Source of the DNA: Eledone cirrhosa
Lineage: Eukaryota
DNA length: 64,000 bases
Assembly (NCBI GenBank): GCA_964016885.1
Contig: OZ024745.1
Location: 65,410,001-65,474,000, forward strand
Direction: 5' to 3'
Both the position numbers and the translations under genes were made by a program. This document shows, one piece after another, positions 58,301-64,000 of the stretch. The stretch's first letter is position 1, and every line of letters begins with the position of its first letter. The notes beneath the pieces were generated by a model, which was not told the DNA's origin, did no database searches, and saw only the letters and a list, made by a program, of their open reading frames with translations.

Positions 58301-61300
58301 ATTTTTTATTTGGGTGATCCATTTTTTATTTGGGGGATCCATTTTTTATTTGGGTGATCCATTTTTTATTTGGGGGATCCATTTTTTATTTGGGTGATCC
58401 ATTTTTTATTTGGGGGATCCATTTTTTATTTGGGTGATCCATTTTTTATTTGGGTGATCCATTTTTTATTTGGGGGGATCCATTTTTAATTTGGGTGATC
58501 CATTTTTTATTTGGGTGATCCATTTTTTATTTGGGGATCCATTTTTTATTTGGGGGATCCATTTTTTATTTGGGTGATCCATTTCTTATTTGGGGGATCC
58601 ATTTTTTATTTGGGTGATCCATTTTTTATTTGGGTGATCCATTTTTTATTTGTGGGATCCATTTTTTATTTGGGGATCCATTTTTTATTTGAGGGATCCA
58701 TTTTTTATTTGGGTGATCCATTTTTTATTTGGGTAATCCATTTTTTATTTGGGGGATCCATTTTTTATTTGGGTGATCCATTTTTTATTTGGGTGATCCA
58801 TTTTTTATTTGGGTGATCCATTTTTTAATTGGGGGATCCATTTTTTATTTGGTTGATCCATTTTTTAATTGGGTGATCCATTTTTTATTTGGGGGATCCA
58901 TTTTTTATTTGGGGGATCCATTCTTTATTTGGGGGATCCATTGTTTATTTGGGTGATCCATTTTTTATTTGGGTGATCCATTTTTTATTTGGGGGATCCA
59001 TTTTTTATTTGGGTGATCCATTTTTTATTTGGGTGATCCATTTTTTATTTGGGTGATCCATTTTTTATTTGTGGGATTCATTTTTTATTTGGGGGATCCA
59101 TTTTTTATTTGGGTGATCCTTTTTTTATTTGGGTGATCCATTTTTTATTTGGGTGATCCATTTTTTATTTGGGGGATCCATTTTTTATTTGGGTGATCCA
59201 TTTTTTATTTGGGTGATACATTTTTTATTTGGGGGATCCATTTTTTATTTGGGTGATCCATTTTTTATTTGGGGGATCCATTTTTTATTTGGGGGATCCA
59301 TTTTTTATTTGGGTGATCTATTTTTTATTTGGGTGATCCATTTTTTATTTGGGGGGATCCATTTTTAATTTGGGTGATCCATTTTTTATTTGGGGGATCC
59401 ATTTTTTATTTGGGTGATCCATTTTTTATTTGGGGGATCCATTTTTTATTTGGGTGATCCATTTTTTATTTGGGTGATCCATTTTTTAATTAGGTGATCC
59501 ATTTTTATTTGGGTGATCCATTTTTTACTTGGGGGATCCATTTTTTATTTGGGTGATCCATTTTTTATTTTGCTGATTCATTTTTTATTTGGGTGATCCA
59601 TTTTTTATTTGGGGGATCCATTTTTTATTTGGGTGATCCATTTATTATTTGGGGGATCCATTTTTTATTTGGGTGATCCATTTTTTATTTGGGGGATCCA
59701 TTTTTTATTTGGGTGATCCATTTTTTATTTGGGGGATCCATTTTTTATTTCGGGGATCCATTTTTTATTTGGGTGATCCATTTTTTATTTGGGGGATCCA
59801 TTTTTTATTTGGGTCATCCATTTTTTTATTTGTGGGATCCATTTTTTATTTGGGGGATCCATTTTTTATTTTGGGTGATCCATTTTTTATTAGGGGGATC
59901 CATTTTTTATTTGGGTGATCCATTTTTATTTGTAGATCCATTTTTTATTTGGGTGATCCATTTTTTAATTGGATGATCCATTTTTTATTTGGGGGATCCA
60001 TTTTTTATTTGGGGGATCCATTATTTATTTGGGTGATCCATTTTTTATTTGGGTGATCCATTTGTTATTTTGGGGATCCATTTTTTATTTTGGGTGATCC
60101 ATTTTTTATTAGGGGGATCCATTTTTTATTTGGGTGATCCATTTTTTTTTGTAGATCCATTTTTTATTTGGGTGATCCATTTTTTAATTGGATGATCCAT
60201 TTTTTATTTGGGGGATCCATTTTTTATTTGGGGGATCCATTATTTATTTGGGTGATCCATTTTTTATTTGGGTGATCCATTTTTTATTTTGGGGATCCAT
60301 TTTTTATTTGGGTGATCCATTTTTTATTTGGGTGATCCATTTTTTAATTGGGTGATCCATTTTTTATTTGGGTGATCCATTTTTTATTTGGGGGATCCTT
60401 TTTTTATTTGGGTGATCCATTTTTTATTTGGGTGATCCATTTTTTATTTGGGGGATCCATTTTTTATTTGGGTGATCCATTTTTTATTTAGGTGACACAT
60501 TTTTTATTTGGGGGATCCATTTTTTATTTGGGTGATCCATTTTTTATTTGGGGGATCCATTTTTTATTTGGGGGATCCATTTTTTATTTGGGTGATCCAT
60601 TTTTTATTTGGGTGATCCATTTTTTATTTGGGGGGATCCATTTTTAATTTGGGTGATCCATTTTTTATTTGGGGGATCCATTTTTTATTTGGGTGATCCA
60701 TTTTTTATTTGGGGGATCCATTTTTTATTTGTGTGATCCATTTTTTATTTGGGATATCCATTTTTTAATTGGGTGATCCATTTTTTATTTGGGGGATCCA
60801 TTTTTTATTTGGGTGATCCATTTTTTAGTTGGGTGGTCCATTTTTTATTTGGGTGATCCATTTTTTATTTGGGGGATCCATTTTTTATTTGGGTGATCCA
60901 TTTTTTATTTGGGGATCCATTTTTTATTTGGGTGATCCATTTTTTATTTGGGTGATCCATTTTTTATTTGGGGGATCCATTTTTTATTTGGGTGATTCAT
61001 TTTTTATTTGGGGGGTCCATTTTTTATTTGGGGGATCCATTTTTATTTGGGTGATCCATTTTTTATTTGGGGGATCCATTTTTTATTTGGGTGATCCATT
61101 TTTTATTTGGGTTGATCCCTTTTTTATTTGGGGGATCCATTTTTTATTTGGGTGATCCATTTTTTATTTGGGGGATCCATTTTTTATTTGGGGGATCCAT
61201 TTTTTATTTGGGTGATCCATTTTTTATTAGGGGGATCCATTTTTTATTTGGGTGATCCATTTTTATTTGGAGATCCATTTTTTATTTAGGTGATCCATTT

Positions 61301-64000
61301 TATAATTGGGTGATCCATTTTTTATTTGGGGGATCCATTTTTTATTTGGGGGATCCATTATTTACTTGGGTGATCCATTTTTTATTTGGGTGATCCATTT
61401 TTTATTTGGGTGATCCATTTTTTATTTGGGTGATCCATTTTTTATTTGGGTGATCCATTTTTTATTTGGGGGATCCATTTTTTATTTGGGTGATCCATTT
61501 TTTATTTGGGTGATCCATTTTTTATTTGAGGGATCCATTTTATATTTGGGTGATCCATTTTTTATTTGGGTGATCCATTTTTTATTTGGGGGATCCATTT
61601 TTTATTTGGGGGATCCATTTTTTATTTAGGGGATCCATTTTTTATTTGGGTGATCCATTTTTTATTTGGGTGATCCATTTTTTATTTGGGGGATCCATTT
61701 TTTATTTGGGTGATCCATTTTTTATTTGGGGGATCCATTTTTTATTTCGGGGATCCATTTTTTATTTGGGTGATTCATTTTTTATTTGGGGGATCCATTT
61801 TTTATTTGGGTGATCCATTTTTTTATTTGGGGGTCCATTTTTTATTTGGGTGATCCATTTTTTATTTGGGTGATCCATTTATTATTTGGGGGATCCATTT
61901 TTTATTTGGGTCATACATTTTTTATTTGGGGGATCCATTTTTTATTTGGGGGATCCATTTTTTATTTGGGTGATCCATTTTTTATTTGTGGGATCCATTT
62001 TTTATTTGGGGGATCCATTTTTTATTTGGAGGATCCATTTTTTATTTGGGTGATCCATTTTTTATTTGGGTGATCCATTTATTATTTGGGGGATCCATTT
62101 TTTATTTGGGTGATCCATTTTTTATTTGGGTGATCCATTTTTTATTGGGGGATCCATTTTTTATTTGGGGGATCCATTTTTTATTTGGGTGATCCATTTT
62201 TTATTTGGGTGATCCATTTTTTAATTGGGGGATCCATTTTTTATTTGGGTGATCCATTTTTTATTTGGGTGATCCATTTTTTATTTGGGGGATCCATTTT
62301 TTATTTGGGGGCAGAATTTTTATTTGGGTGATCCATTTTTTATTTGGGTGATCCATTTTTTATTTGGGGGATCCGTTTTTTATTTGGGGGATCCATTTTT
62401 TATTTGGGTGATCCATTTTTTATTTGGGGGATCCATTTTTTATTTGGGTGATCCATTTTTTATTTGGGGGATCCATTTTTTATTTGGGTGATCCATTTTT
62501 TATTTGGGTGATCCATTTTTTATTTGGGGGATCCATTTATTATTTGGGGGATCCATTTTTTATTTGGGTGATCCGTTCTTTATTTGGGTGATCCATTTTT
62601 TAATTGGGGGATCCATTTTTTATTTGGGTGATCCATTTTTTATTTTGGTGATCCATTTTTTATTTGGGGGATCCATTTTTTATTTGGGGGATCCATTTTT
62701 TATTTGGGTGATCCATTTTCTATTTGGGTGATCCATTTTTTATTTGGGGATCCATTTTTTATTTGGGGGATCCATTTTTTATTTGGGTGATCCATTTCTT
62801 ATTTGGGGGATCCATTTTTTATTTGGGTGATCCATTTTTTATTTGGGTGATCCATTTTTTATTTGTGGGATCCATTTTTTATTTGGGGATCCATTTTTTA
62901 TTTGAGGGATCCATTTTTTATTTGGGTGATCCATTTTTTATTTGGGTAATCCATTTTTTATTTGGGGGATCTATTTTTTATTTGGGTGATCCATTTTTTA
63001 TTTGGGTGATCCATTTTTTATTTGGGTGATCCATTTTTTAATTGGGGGATCCATTTTTTATTTGGTTGATCCATTTTTTAATTGGGTGATCCATTTTTTA
63101 TTTGGGGGATCCATTTTTTATTTGGGGGATCCATTCTTTATTTGGGGGATCCATTGTTTATTTGGGTGATCCATTTTTTATTTGGGTGATCCATTTTTTA
63201 TTTGGAGGATCCATTTTTTATTTGGGTGATCCATTTTTTATTTGGGTGATCCAGTTTTTATTTGGGTGATCCATTTTTTATTTGTGGGATCCATTTTTTA
63301 TTTGGAAGATCCATTTTTTATTTGGGTGATCCTTTTTTTATTTGGGTGATCCATTTTTTATTTGGGTGATCCATTTTTTATTTGGGGGATCCCTTTTCTA
63401 TTTGGGTGATCCATTTTTTATTTGGGTGATACATTTTTTATTTGGGGGATCCATTTTTTATTTGGGTGATCCATTTTTTATTTGGGGGATCCATTTTTTA
63501 TTTGGGGGATCCATTTTTTATTTGGGTGATCTATTTTTTATTTGGGTGATCCATTTTTTATTTGGGGGGATCCATTTTTAATTTGGGTGATCCATTTTTT
63601 ATTTGGGGGATCCATTTTTTATTTGGGTGATCCATTTTTTATTTGGGGGATCCATTTTTTATTTGGGTGATCCATTTTTTATTTGGGTGATCCATTTTTT
63701 AATTAGGTGATCCATTTTTATTTGGGTGATCCATTTTTTACTTGGGGGATCCATTTTTTATTTGGGTGATCCATTTTTTATTTTGCTGATTCATTTTTTA
63801 TTTGGGTGATCCATTTTTTATTTGGGGGATCCATTTTTTATTTGGGTGATCCATTTATTATTTGGGGGATCCATTTTTTATTTGGGTGATCCATTTTTTA
63901 TTTGGGGGATCCATTTTTTATTTGGGTGATCCATTTTTTATTTGGGGGATCCATTTTTTATTTCGGGGATCCATTTTTTATTTGGGTGATCCATTTTTTA

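Larger units (their letters stand above)
1..64000 (+). repeat. Tandem satellite array of a 20-bp monomer GATCCATTTTTTATTTGGG[T/G], ~3,200 copies, single orientation, open at both ends
   Basis: Directly visible on every line. Two main monomers end GGGT or GGGG. Consensus composition is T 10-11, G 4-5, A 3, C 2 per 20 nt (30-35% GC). No inversion or non-repeat insert seen. Confidence 0.99.
45610..64000 (+). repeat. Higher-order repeat domain: five tandem copies of a ~4-kb unit (4213, 5094, 3097, 3955 and a truncated >2 kb copy)
   Basis: An identical 68-aa pseudo-ORF marks equivalent positions at 45627, 49840, 54934, 58031 and 61986. Other markers recur in register (ORFs at 48683/53777/56874/60829; GGCAGAA at ~45951/50164/62310). 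Confidence 0.88.

Noticed and set aside
90-63581. The many + strand ORFs encoding F/G/I/W-rich peptides (GDPFFIWVIHFLFGGSIFYL)
   Set aside because: They are the 60-bp (3-monomer) translation of the repeat. Starts are mostly TTG from ATTTGGG, and ORFs end wherever a T-type monomer puts TGA in frame. They overlap in different frames and are broken by frequent 1-2 bp indels. The - strand is closed by TAA in each monomer. No sign of coding constraint.
1-64000. CRISPR array
   Set aside because: Repeats abut directly with no unique spacers, and there is no leader or cas gene in the window.
1-64000. Plasmid iterons or replication origin
   Set aside because: Unit length (~20 bp) is similar, but iteron clusters have few copies next to a rep gene. 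Here there are thousands of copies and no gene.
1-64000. Canonical G-quadruplex array
   Set aside because: G3-G5 tracts are separated by 15-17 nt, well beyond the usual 1-7 nt loops. Stable intramolecular G4 is not supported without experiment.
1-64000. CArG box or hairpin terminator in CCATTTTTTATTTGG
   Set aside because: There are 11 A/T bases between CC and GG rather than the 6 required for CArG, and the CCA/TGG stem is only 3 bp.
1-64000. Pure sequencing artefact (rolling-circle concatemer or random-error repeat)
   Set aside because: Rare variants recur in fixed order in nested blocks of many sizes and form regional subfamilies, which random error on a single template would not give. 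Individual near-identical duplications could still be assembly errors.
1-64000. Hidden message or programmed diversity system (DGR, shufflon, phase-variable cassette) in the variant code
   Set aside because: There is no recombinase, reverse transcriptase, inverted segment or target gene. Ordinary duplication, deletion and conversion explain the pattern.

Overview
The entire 64 kb window is one uninterrupted head-to-tail tandem array (satellite-type DNA) of a 20-bp monomer, consensus GATCCATTTTTTATTTGGG[T/G], about 3,200 copies (64,000/20), all in the same orientation and running off both ends. I found no unique sequence, gene, RNA gene, mobile element or CRISPR spacer. All listed ORFs are translations of the repeat. 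The real information lies in the variant pattern: a dimorphic T/G last base, plus rare diagnostic monomers (18-, 19- and 21-mers, point variants). These reveal nested and overlapping duplications of 99 bp to about 5 kb, dispersed copies 2.4-8.4 kb apart, and a ~4-kb higher-order repeat in the last 18 kb (copies of 4213, 5094, 3097, 3955 and >2000 bp). Offsets come from matching ORF-track entries and spot checks of marker bases. Block boundaries are approximate, to within a few monomers. Organism and function (centromeric, subtelomeric or interstitial heterochromatin) cannot be determined from this window. I do not see evidence of a new protein-coding system.
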